A stretch of 64,000 bases of DNA from Antechinus flavipes. Lineage: Eukaryota. The notes under the pieces were generated by a model. That model worked only from the letters and a program-made list of their open reading frames with translations. It was not told where the DNA came from and searched no databases. Below are positions 1-11,200 of this stretch, in pieces. Position 1 is the first letter of the stretch; each line of letters starts with the position of its first letter. Location of the stretch: the NCBI RefSeq assembly GCF_016432865.1, contig NC_067402.1:217620001-217684000 (forward strand). Reading direction: 5' to 3'. The translations under genes were made by a program, and so were the position numbers.

Positions 1-233
1 AAATAGGAATATCTGAAACAGATTGGGAGCAGGGGGTGGGTAGAAAAAATAGTACCAAAAAAATCATATAGGGTAAGGGGACAGAAGGTTATAACACAGA
101 GCTTCTAGTTTTGAGATTATAGATGTAGAGCTACACAGATATAGAAGGGACCTTTGAGATTTTTCTAGTCCAACTCCGGAGTAGAGGTCAGATGTTGAGC
201 TCCAGTTTCTTCCTTTTTTTCTCTAATTCTAGA

Positions 234-3200
234 ATGAAACTGGGACGAAGATCAGTTTGCAGCTTCCTGCTATTATTCTTTTCTGCTGCTCTGTGTCTCT
301 TCTTCTTTCACAATTGGAAACACCCAATTCCAAGAGCTTCTTCTAGATTGTGGTCATCTCCTCTAGAGTTCTCCAAGCTCAAATACCCTCAACTGGCTCC
401 AGAGCCTCAATATGCACACATTCCCTTCAAGCTCAAGGAACAGGTTGTGGGGTAAGTCAGAAAGTAATAAGGACTTGGTAGAGAGAGGGATTTCAGGAAG
501 TAAAAAAAAAAAAGTAGGTTCTCTTGTTTTTTTATTTTTACTCTATGTTTTAGGTATTTTTTTAAAAGCTCTAAATGAAATGGTCTTAAGTACTAGAACC
601 ATAGAGTAAAGGTACTAGAGTAACTGAAACCATAGGTGATTTGAGCTGGAAAGGAGATCTTTGAGGGCATCCACTTCATTCATGCTTATTTTACAGAGAA
701 GGAAACTGAGGTACAGAGAAGTAAAATGTATTTGCCCAGGGTCACACAGCTGGCTAGCAGCAGTCCAGTATTGAATACAAGTATTCCCAGTACATTTGGA
801 ATACCAAGGTTCAAATCTGCTATTTACTCCCTTGGTAGCCATTCTCCTTGATGGCTCCAGTTTATTCAACTAACATTCATTCATGGGGATGATTTATTAA
901 GTATCATTTGAAACAGTTCTAGGGTGCTAAAGATCTACGAATGAGGAAAACCCTCAGGATGGTGAGCTAAGGTTCAGCTTCCAGTGCTACTCTTTCAACC
1001 TGAGAGAATTTTTTTATTGATAAGATATCTTAGTGTAACTAGGATAACATTATAAATTACACTTCCTGGAGTAGGGGAAGGGGAGGACAAAGTTGAAATG
1101 ACTCAAGATATGGATTTCATTTGCTTCTTTGTGATTCAAAGAGGCCCTCCCACGGATATCACCTCCTTCTCAAATACACAATTTATAATCTCCTTTTTTG
1201 GGGAGAAGCAATTGGGATAAAGTGACATGCCCAGATCTAGTATGAGTCTGTATTTGAACTGAGGTCCTTCTGACTTTCAGGCTGATGTTATAGCCACTAC
1301 ACCATCTAGGTACTCTATGGTTTACCATCTAATAAAAATTAGACTTTATGGAAAGACGAATTCTACATCCTCTAAATGACACTAAAGTTTAATTAAGAGC
1401 AGTGATGAGTATTTAAGGGTAGCATTGACAAGCACAAGATTATTGTGGGCTAAGCTTGGTAATTACTGTGTGGCCAGGTTTAAGAAGGCAAGGTGTTGAC
1501 GTGCTCTTCCTTCCCATCATCCCCTCTCCTAGGTTGCTGGCACAAAACGCCTGCAGCTGTGTGGCCAGTAGAGGAGGACTTGGCTTCTCTCTCCCATTCC
1601 AACGGCAGGTGCATGCACTTAACTTCACATCAGCATATGGATCTGAGGAGCTAGTGGAAGCCACAATTGCAAGAGATCGGGAATACCAAGCTTTCCAGTC
1701 CAGGTGTCAGCAGCTAGTTGGGGAGGGGAAGGAAGAGGATGGGTTTGGGGAAGGGAAAAGGGTTGTCTGTAAGAAATCTGAGGGTGGGAAAGGATAGAGA
1801 TGCCAAATCCCTTTTAGCCCCCATCTATCCAATCTGACCATCTCCAGGGTCCAGTCCCCAGCTGACCAGATACTCATCGCTCCAGCCAACTCCCCCTTGC
1901 AGTATCCCCTGCAAGGTGTGGTGGTTCAGCCCCTAAAGACCATCTTGGTGCCAGGTAAAGTAGGTGGGGCAGGGAAAATAAGAGGGCATTGCAGTGGAGT
2001 ATTGTGGTCACTGGTTAGGCCTGAAAGGAATCTGGGATAGATCTGGGAGGGGAAATTGAACCATGAGAGAATATAAAGTCATTTGGGGAAGGAATAGATT
2101 AGAAAGCCTTGTTGGCAGAAGGTACTTAAGGTAGAAAAGGAAGAAAAGTTTGTAGACTCTCAGTGGTTAGGGAAGATAATTATTCCTCCCTAGGGAAGAA
2201 AAAGGAAAGTGTCTGAATGGAGATTGATATGAAACTGGGCAAGGAAGAGAGCTAAGATCACTAACAAATAAATATTTAAATGAAAATAAGTTCAAGCATC
2301 AGAGAAAATTTCCAACCTCCAACGAGGTGGTCATGTGATACCCACAGCATCTTGCATGGGAGAGATAGGAGAAAGGGACAGCCCCATGGTTGAGGTGAAG
2401 ACAAGATGAGATGGAGGAATAGAGAAAGCAGCAGAATGAATTTCAGAGAATCTTATCAACCTGATAAAGTTGTCCTTGAATGTGATTTGATGTTTTCCTT
2501 GTCTCTCTCCTCTGCTTCCAGGTCTGAGCCTACAAGCAGCTGAGCAAGAAGTGTATCAGGTGAGAGAGGTGGGGATAAGGAGATGAAGTACTGGGTGAGG
2601 CCAGAAGGGAGAGGAATAATGGTGGGGGGGGGGGGGAGGCAAAGAAAGCACAGGAGTCTGATCCTGCCAGGCTCTGATTCTGTGTCTCCCACACATTCTC
2701 AGGTAAACCTCTCGGCATCTCTTGGAACCTGGGATGTGGCTGGGGAAGTGGAAGGAGTGAGACTTCGAGGGGAGGGCCAACTGGAACTCACTCTCTCAAG
2801 CCCAGAGCTAGACCGACTCAACAGACAGCTTCAGCTGGTCACTTACAGTAGCCGGAACTACCAGCCAGACACTGCAGACACAGGTGGAAAGGCAACCCAG
2901 ACTCGAGGGGTGGATGAGATGGGAGACTAAAGATGCCTAGCACTGTGGGAGGTGCTAGGACACCGTCCAGAGCAGGACATCTAGACAATAGACCCACTGA
3001 GCTCAGCCCTTGGAAGCGGAGGGAAATGAAAGAGCTATTGTTTGGCTTGGGCAGGGAGCAAAAATGAGGGAGAGGAAAGGAAACCCAATCTGCAGTCATC
3101 CCCTTCCCCCACTGCACCCCCTCCCCCCCCCACATTATACATACTTTCCCTCTCACCCTCCCCAGTCCGGTTCTCCACCGATGGCCATGAAGCTGTCTTC

Positions 3201-6200
3201 ACTATCCGAATTAAGCATCCACCAAATCCTCGGCTGTACCCACCTGGATCACCCCCGGAAGGAGGTAAGTAAGGTTTGTATAGTCAGGGATAGACAAGAA
3301 CTGGGCGGGGGGGGGGGGGGGGGGGGGGTGATAGTGAAAAGAGCTTGTTCTCCTAGGAATCTCACCTGTAGTCTGGTTCTTCTCCCATCCCCACCCCAGC
3401 CAAGTATAATATCAGCGCTATGGTCACCATTGCAACCAAAACTTTCCTTCGTTATGACCGTCTCCGAAACCTCATTGCCAGTATCCGTCGTTTCTACCCA
3501 ACAATTACTGTGATCATTGCTGATGACAGTGAGCGACCGGAGCCAGTCAATGGCCCTTACATCGAGCACTACCTCATGCCCTTTGGCAAGGTCAGCAACC
3601 GGGTATTATCAGAACACAGTGGAGCTGAATGGGTGGGAGACAGCCCCACAGCAAGTAGGGGGAGAGGTACAGTATTTATATGAAGATGGCGGACATAGGT
3701 TGCTGAGGAGTGCAAGTGTAGGAATATGTTTAATCATTCCTCCCTTCTCCCCTCATTTCCCCCAGGGATGGTTTGCAGGCCGAAATCTAGCTGTTTCCCA
3801 AGTGACCACAAAGTATGTGTTGTGGGTAGATGATGACTTCATCTTCACTGGCCGAACGAAGCTGGAGAAGCTTGTGGATGTTCTGGAACAGACATCTCTG
3901 GACTTGGTAAAAAAATAAAAATAAAAAATATATTTTTTAAAAAGGCAAAGAAGGGAGGATAGGGATGGGAGAACAGAAGTAGTAGGTAAAGATAGAAAAG
4001 ACCAGAGAAAGGGTTTAGAAGGCAACTTGGAGAGGATGAGTCCTGTGGAGATGAAGGGCAGGGTCTGAAGCAAGAAAGGGAAGGGGATAAAGCATTTGTA
4101 TAAAGCCTACACATCCGGCATTATGCTATATGCTTTATCTAATTTGCTCCTTGCAACAACCCTATTATTTTCTCCATTTTTCTCCTGAAAAAAATTGAGG
4201 CAAATAGAGCTTAAGCGATTTTCTAGGGTTCATACAGTTAGTAAATATCTGAGGCTTTTAAAATCCAGGTCTTCTTGATCCTGGCAGCAGTTGGGTGGCA
4301 AAATGGACAGAACACCAGATCTAGAGTCAGGAAGACTGGAGTTCAAATTTGTTCTCAAACACTTACTAGCTGTGTGATCCTGGGCAGAAGAAAGGGGAAG
4401 AAGAGAGGGTTTAGATATCTAAGAACTAGTGGGTGAAGTCAAAAAGAGCTTGCTACAAAATCTAAATGCCTGTCAAGACCTCTGTAAGAGTGAGGTAGGC
4501 GTGAGAGTAGATGAAGCTGAAGCAAAAGAGTCTAATCTTGAGAAGATATCAAGTTTGTGGGGTATGGTCATGTGAGAGGAACTGTGGCTTAATTTCCTTA
4601 GAGACCTCTCAGTCTCAGGATGCTCCTTACTCTGCCTCCCATCATTCCTTTTATCTTCTCTACCTTGCTCTTCTCATTTTTTCCTCCTCAATAAATCACT
4701 ATGTGCATTTGCCTCCTACTTCCTGATGTGTAACCCGGTATCTCCCTTCTGCCTCTTTAAGGTCGGGGGAGCAGTTCGGGAGATCACAGGCTTCTCCACT
4801 ACTTATCGACAATTAATGAGCATAGAACCTGGTGGCCCTGGCTGGGGAGACTGCCTCACCCAAAGGCGAGGCTTCCACCATGAGCTCCCAGGTTTCCCAG
4901 GTTGTGTGGTCACTGATGGTGTTGTCAACTTCTTCTTGGCGCGAGTGGACAAGGTCCGAGAGATCGGTTTTGACCCTCGACTCAGCCGGGTGGCCCATTT
5001 GGGTAGGTAACATTCCCTCCGCCCATATCCTTGTAAGCCCCCTACCTTTACTGAGGTTGGCTAAACAAAAGAGTACAACTGGGTACCTGAGCCTCAGTGA
5101 TGAAAAGTGACTCCAAACCAGAGCTGGGATTTCTAGTCCAGGGAGCAATTAGGATGAGAAATTCATAAGAGCACAAGGAGGCACATTATTAAAATAGGTA
5201 CAAATATTTCCTTCCTTTTTAAAAAGTAAACTTTTATTGGCATCTGTTTTCACAAAGGAACCTTATTACCCTGCCACCATCTTTAATGACAAAGAAAATT
5301 TTTAAAAGGAAGGAAAGTTCAAAAAACTAACCAAATCATTTAAGCTATTTTACATTATCTATGGTGTTCCACCATATCTTAACCCCCCCATATCTGCATG
5401 GAAATGAAGAAAAGGCCTTCTCCTATCTTTTCATTGGAGTCAGGGTTGTTTATTATAATTTCATAGCATTGGTTCTGTTATTTTGTTTTTCTTTCCATTT
5501 TCAATGTTGTACTCACCTATGTAGCTTTTTTGGTTCCATTTCATATCAGTGCACATCTTCCCATGTTTCTCTGTATTGATTGAATATTTTTTTTATGATT
5601 CAATAATATTCCACTTGTTAATCACAAATTGTTTAGCTATTGCTCAGTCAGTGGAATATGTACGTAATTATAATGCAAAAAAAAGTTGCAGGTAGATAAT
5701 AGTATGTGTGTGTGTGTATATATATATATTTTAAATAAAATTTGTCTAGTATGGTAGGGTAAAGTATGGTGAAGGTCATCTTATCCAAAAAGCCTGTTTT
5801 TAGATCTCATTCTGAGCAGGCACATGCCTTCTTGCTCTGATCAAAGATATTTCCCCAATTCAACCTTCTAGCTTCTTGCTCTATTTCCCCAAGAGCCCAA
5901 TTCTTATATCCCTAGAGTATGAATGGTGACTGTCCTCCATCACCACCACCTCCCATATCATATTTGAAGTTGATTTCCTTATACTTAATAATCTCAATGG
6001 TTCACAAGAACCGTGCACCCTTTTTACCTTGATTTTTTTTTTTTTTTTTAAAGACTGTTCTTTCTTCAGTATATGATTTCCCAGGGTGGAACCAATGCAA
6101 ACTGGTGTCTATTCCACAATTGATAGCCTTAGAAAGTTGTCTGGCAACATTGAGAGGTATTAATTGCCTAGGGTCAAACAGCCAGTCTATCTCAAAGATA

Positions 6201-7433
6201 GGACTTGAATCTAAATCCTTTTGATTCTGAGGATAGATCTGTATCCGCTAAACCCCTCTGTACATTTTTATTATATGTGTTTTTGAATATGTTGTACATG
6301 AAAGAAAAAGGGTATTCACATCCCTCCAGCAATTCTCTCTATGAAGGTGGTAGACACTCCACTTCCAAGAATAGAGAGATGAAAATGAAGAAAGAGAGAT
6401 AGGGATCTAATCCAGTCCCTTCTAACCTGGAGTTTTTCTTTCTTCCTCCAACCAGTTTTGCCCATTTCTTCCCAAGTTTCAGGCAAAAGTAATCAAGCAT
6501 TAATTAAATGGCTATCCCAGCCAAAAGGAGGTCGTCTGTTTGTTTTCATTTTTTTAATTTCGACAATGCCTTTTGTTCTGTTTTCAATATCATGATCATT
6601 TCCAGAAAGATTCCACCCCAAGTGAGCCTTCCCTTATAAGAAAACATTAAGCCAAATGGCACATCTGGCTCTTCTGCCAGATTACACAACATCCCAGTCC
6701 CTTGCCTTTCTAAAAAAAGAAGCTTCATTTTGTTGTCCTTTTCCTCTGTTTTGCTCATCATTGTGTATGTAATTTTCCTGTGCATTGTGCATACTCCATT
6801 GTGCATAATTCATAAAATACTTCTCACATTTCTCTGAATTCCTCCTCCTTTGTTACAATGAAAAAACTTAACATTATATTAAAATGCTACAATTTGCTTA
6901 GTTATTTCCAAACTTATGGGTACATACTTTGTTTCTAGTCCTTCCTATCAGGGTCCTAAATTTACTAAGTACAGTTTTCAATTTGTTACCTTGCTTTCAT
7001 ATTCATTTTATTTTATACTCAGACAACTTGTGACAGATACTTATACCAATGTTATAGTCAAAGAAATAGCTTTAGAGACAGGCCTGAGGGCAAAACCTTC
7101 CTCTAACAAGAAAATCCCAAACTCCCTAGCTCTATCGTGTTCTTTGGGTAGGTCCTTACCCTTCATGATTGCTCTCAATGTCTCCCTCTTTCCTTTCCCT
7201 CTTAATTCCCCTCAGAATTTTTCCTGGATGGACTTGGCTCCCTTCGGGTAGGCTCCTGTTCCGATGTCTTGGTGGATCATGCATCGAAGCTGAAATTGCC
7301 TTGGGTACCTTGGGGGACTGAGGCAGAAATGTATGCCAAATACCGATACCCTGGAGTCACAGATCAGAGCTACGTGGCCAAGCACAAGCTACTCTTCTTC
7401 AAACATCGCCTCCGATGCATGAGCTCAGATTGA
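234..7433 (+). CDS. B4GALNT1: Beta-1,4-N-acetylgalactosaminyltransferase 1 (GM2/GD2 synthase), complete CDS, 534 aa; non-coding first exon lies upstream of the window
   Basis: Coding exons 234-451, 1533-1703, 1848-1954, 2522-2559, 2703-2883, 3166-3264, 3400-3590, 3766-3906, 4762-5002, 7216-7433 (1605 nt, all AG/GT, phases consistent). Type II membrane anchor [25 protein letters not shown]; GT-A core [13 protein letters not shown]; DxD motif WVDDDF (DDD at 3829-3837); ends [10 protein letters not shown]. Matches recalled human B4GALNT1. Confidence 0.97.
630..800 (-). mobile_element. MIR/CORE-SINE fragment
   Basis: ttttacagagaaggaaactgaggtacagaga...gcccagggtcacacagctgg is the reverse complement of the MIR core; boundaries approximate. 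Confidence 0.75.
1205..1310 (-). mobile_element. MIR/MAR1-like SINE fragment
   Basis: aagtgacatgcccag...gtatttgaactgaggtccttctgacttt...ccactacacc resembles the antisense tRNA-derived head of CORE-SINEs; boundaries approximate. Confidence 0.6.
4120..4388. mobile_element. Two MIR-family SINEs in inverted, head-to-head arrangement (minus ~4120-4284, plus ~4285-4388)
   Basis: Minus copy catacagttagtaaatatctgagg...atccaggtcttcttga; plus copy ctagagtcaggaagactggagttcaaat...cacttactagctgtgtgatcctgggcag. Confidence 0.7.
6045..6260 (-). mobile_element. Marsupial CORE-SINE (WALLSI/MAR-like)
   Basis: T-tract followed by ttgcctagggtcaaacagccagtctatctcaaagataggacttgaatctaaatcc, typical of an antisense CORE-SINE; subfamily uncertain. 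Confidence 0.5.
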
Positions 7434-8169
7434 TTGGCCCAGGAACCATAGAATGGCTGATGTGATGGACACAGTGGCTACTGAGTGCACTTGGAACCCT
7501 CTACAGATTTGTATGCACTATCTAGTCACTACAAGTATCCAGCTGGTCAACTCTGTGGCTGACGACTCAAGGACTGTTCAAAGACTATCCAGCCCTTCAA
7601 ATTATTTGACCTTGATCCAATCCCAGGATGAGAACTGGTCCTGGTGACTTCTCCAATGCCCCAAATACAATTGGAGCTATGACTCACCTTTACCAGTTCA
7701 GTGACAGCACCCCCAACCCCAGTGCTAAGCCCTCCATTCTCTATTCTTATAGAGTAATAGAAAACCTTTCTAGTACTAAAGAGCCTGAAGGTCTCCAAGA
7801 GCCAAACAGAACCCATCCCTCAAATGCAGACACCTTTCCCTAACTCCTTTAGAGGAGATAGGTACAATTTTGCCTCTGTGCTGCATTCTGAATCTCTGGA
7901 CCAGAATTCTATGCATCATATTCAGTTCTCCCTACTCCCACCCCACTCACCAGGAGAATTTTGACCTTAGAGATAAGAGTAACCACCTGAAGGTCTCGAG
8001 GAGGAGTTATTGAACAAGCCAACAGTTTTGTAATCAGTGTCATTCTTGTCTCTTCAGAGTTGAGGTGGGGGAAAGGTCTCTAAAACATATTTGTTGAAGT
8101 GTTCAGACTCCAAATCAAGCTGGAAAGGGCTGGCATTTATAATACTGATCACAGAAAAGCTAACTTCAT

Positions 8170-8175
8170 TTTATT
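8170..8175 (-). terminator. Candidate poly(A) signal (AATAAA) of SLC26A10
   Basis: tttatt on + strand; first minus-strand AATAAA after the SLC26A10 stop at 8291. Confidence 0.65.
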
Positions 8176-8185
8176 GATAACATAA

Positions 8186-8191
8186 ATAAAG
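8186..8191 (+). terminator. Candidate poly(A) signal (AATAAA) of B4GALNT1
   Basis: First plus-strand AATAAA I found after the B4GALNT1 stop at 7433. Confidence 0.6.
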
Positions 8192-8290
8192 AGGGAAGCC
8201 CACCCCAGTTTTTCCCTCAGTGGCCATAATCTCTCCCCTACTACATCCAACCAATGGTACTGGGTTTTCTAATAAGCAGAGCTGCCAGGT

Positions 8291-11200
8291 TCAAACCCAG
8301 ACCATGTAAGTCTTTGAGGCCAGAGGCTCCTGGAAAGGGAAAAGGAAACATCAGGGAAGAGTGAGGGAAAGCATTCTGGGAACATATCTCCTACCTCCCC
8401 CATTATCCCTAGTGAGTCTAAGTGGGAGAGGGGACTGGGGAACTATATTCTGAAAGACCCTCATACTTGGCTGATCTCTCCCACTTTGAGCCCAATTTTT
8501 AGATGTTACCTCATCCCCTTGCTCATTTCCTCAATCTCCACACTCTACCTCCACATCAGATTTTGCATCCCAGTCATCCTTCTGCCATGCTTCCTCACCT
8601 TAAGGTTCCCTATAACTCTTCTTCATACATATTCCCCCTGGACCATTCCGTATCTATTGTCTAGTTTCCTTTTCCTAAATCCATTATCCCTAAGCCCACC
8701 TTTACTTCTCATAACCTTCCCTCCACCAACCCCTTCCTTTCCCCAAACCTTCACCAAACTCTCCAGTGCATGGGCAGCTGCATCTTGAACGCTCACAAAA
8801 AGTTGTTCTGGGGTCAGTATGTCCAGGAGCCCAGCCCTGGTTAATGTTCCCAGCACAGGAGCTGTGCCAACCAAAACAATGGTCAAAGTCCCAACTCTGA
8901 CCTCCACCTCATTCTTCTTATATCCCACCAAATAATTCAAAGTATTTCCAATTAATTAATTCATCTTACCATTACACTGTGCCAAGAGTAGATGAATCCT
9001 GGCGGCACTGCACTGACTAGCCAGCTGGGGAAAGAAAGACTTTTAAGACTGATTAGGAAAAGAAGAGTTGCCTCAGTTACCCACTACTTTCAGAACCAGG
9101 TCTAGCTATATTTTTTTCCTTCTCCTGCTATTTCACCTTTCTTCAGATGTTATAATCTCTCTTGCAATTCTAGAACCATGTTGAAATCAACTTTGTCACT
9201 GCTCCGTGAAAGGGTATACTGATCTACTCCCCTGCTACTCCTCCCACTATTCTTTTAACATTCCAAATGAAAAGATGCTTCCCTGGCCTGAGTTTCTCTG
9301 TTTTGTCTCCATATTAGATTGGAAGCTCCTTGAGGGCAGAGATTGTCTTCCATTTTGTATTTGTATCCTCAGCGCTTAGCACAATGCTTGGAACATAGTA
9401 AGCGCTTAATAAATTTTTTAAAATCAATTCATCCCTCTAAATGCCCCAACCCAACATACATACACATACCTGTACCAATTCCCGAGCTCCAGCCACATCC
9501 ACGAAGATGATACCGCTACAGTCTAGGATGACAACTTGGACAAGTTCTGCTCCTGGAAGGGGCAGTGGTATTTTTATGATTTCCTCATGTCACCCCAAAT
9601 CTTCCCTAGTTACCTTTCCCATCTTACCTGTCTCAGCTGAACTATGTGACTTTGCAGGTTCCTAAAGGAAGAAGAGGGAGGGCACCAGCCCCCAATATGT
9701 TCCCAATTAGTAAACATTAGTGCTCTATTCACTTGTTTGTTACCCCCCATCTGATCTATTATATCTGCCTTTTAAATCATCATGTGCTACTGCTTTCCTC
9801 ACCTCATCTTGCCTCTCCAACCCTAGAAGCTGCTCCATAGTTTGACGAAACCTGCCTCTGGTTCCAAAATAGAGTGGGGCAGGATACCTGAAGATTCGTA
9901 GTCCAGGAACCTGACATAGCTGGGGAAGGTATTTACAGGACCAAAGAATTAATAAAACATCTTTTCTAACTAATATCATCCATCCCATCTTTTCCCAACC
10001 TCCTCTTGCCCACCTTAGAACTTTCTCTGACTGGACAGAATAGTTCTCTTCCTTTTACTTGTCCAAGTACCAGACATTGTATCCTAGGGGTCAGATAGGA
10101 GAGTGATAAAAGGAAATGGGACCATCCATATCATTATAGCAGGATATTCTACATTGGAATATACACAAAAGAAATCACAGAAATGCAACTTGCCAACAAC
10201 TGAATTATCTTTCCTCCAAAATCCTCTCTTTTTCCTAACTTCTATATTAGTAGAAATGTGCCAGAGCCTACTCTGACAGTATATGAGATTGTTAACTTTT
10301 CAAGGTGAATTTTTGCACCTTACAAATGGGCACTTGCTACAAATCAGGGTTCTATTGTTTTCCTGTATATTTTAGACTTGATGTTAAACTTAAAGGAGTA
10401 TGTATGTAACATCTCCTCCCCTCCACTCTCATTGCCTAGTTGCTAAATATTTACTAACACACCTATGTATTGTTCTTTAAACATTCATTGCTTGAGTGAA
10501 GCAGAATGCAGTAGAAGATTCAGGGAATTAATTCATCATAAGGCTAAAGACCTAGTGAGTGTAGGCTGATAAAAGAAATGTAATATCTCATTTGAACCTC
10601 ACACCACCATCTGCTTAATATTGTTAAGGTTACTGCCATCCTCCCAGAAACTTGGACTCAAAACCTAACCCCTCTTCTCCCCCACCAATATTTAATGAAT
10701 TGTCAAATACTATGGTTTTGAACTTTTTAACATCTTTGATGTAGACTCCCCTCAATTCTGACAGTGCCATCATCCTGGTGGAGGACCTTAGTGCCTCATG
10801 CCTTGACTATTATAATAGTCTGCTGGTTGATTTTTCAGCCATAATTTTCTCTTCATTCCAATTCATTCTCCACTGTGCTGCCAAATTGATCTTCCTAAAG
10901 GAAAAGTTGGGCCATATCGCCCTCCTCCAATTAAACACACTCCAATAATTCCCGATGATCATGAGGATCAAAAGTCCTCTGTATGGCTTGTAAAGCCCTA
11001 CATAACTTGGTCCCTCCTATCTTACTTTCTTTTGTTATACTCTATCCCTCTCCTAATACTCTTCAATCCAGTGACACTAACAACCTTGCTATTCCTCATA
11101 CATGACACTCCATTTTCCAGCTGAACATTTTCACTTGATTGGCCTTCCTGTCTGGAATAGTCTCCCTCCTAGTATGCACCTCCTGGCTCTCCTTAAGTCT

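Noticed and set aside
192-233. In-frame upstream ATG extending B4GALNT1 by 14 aa in the ORF track
   Set aside because: It lies upstream of the acceptor at 231-232 in the pyrimidine tract and adjacent SINE-derived intron; ATG 234 matches the known start.
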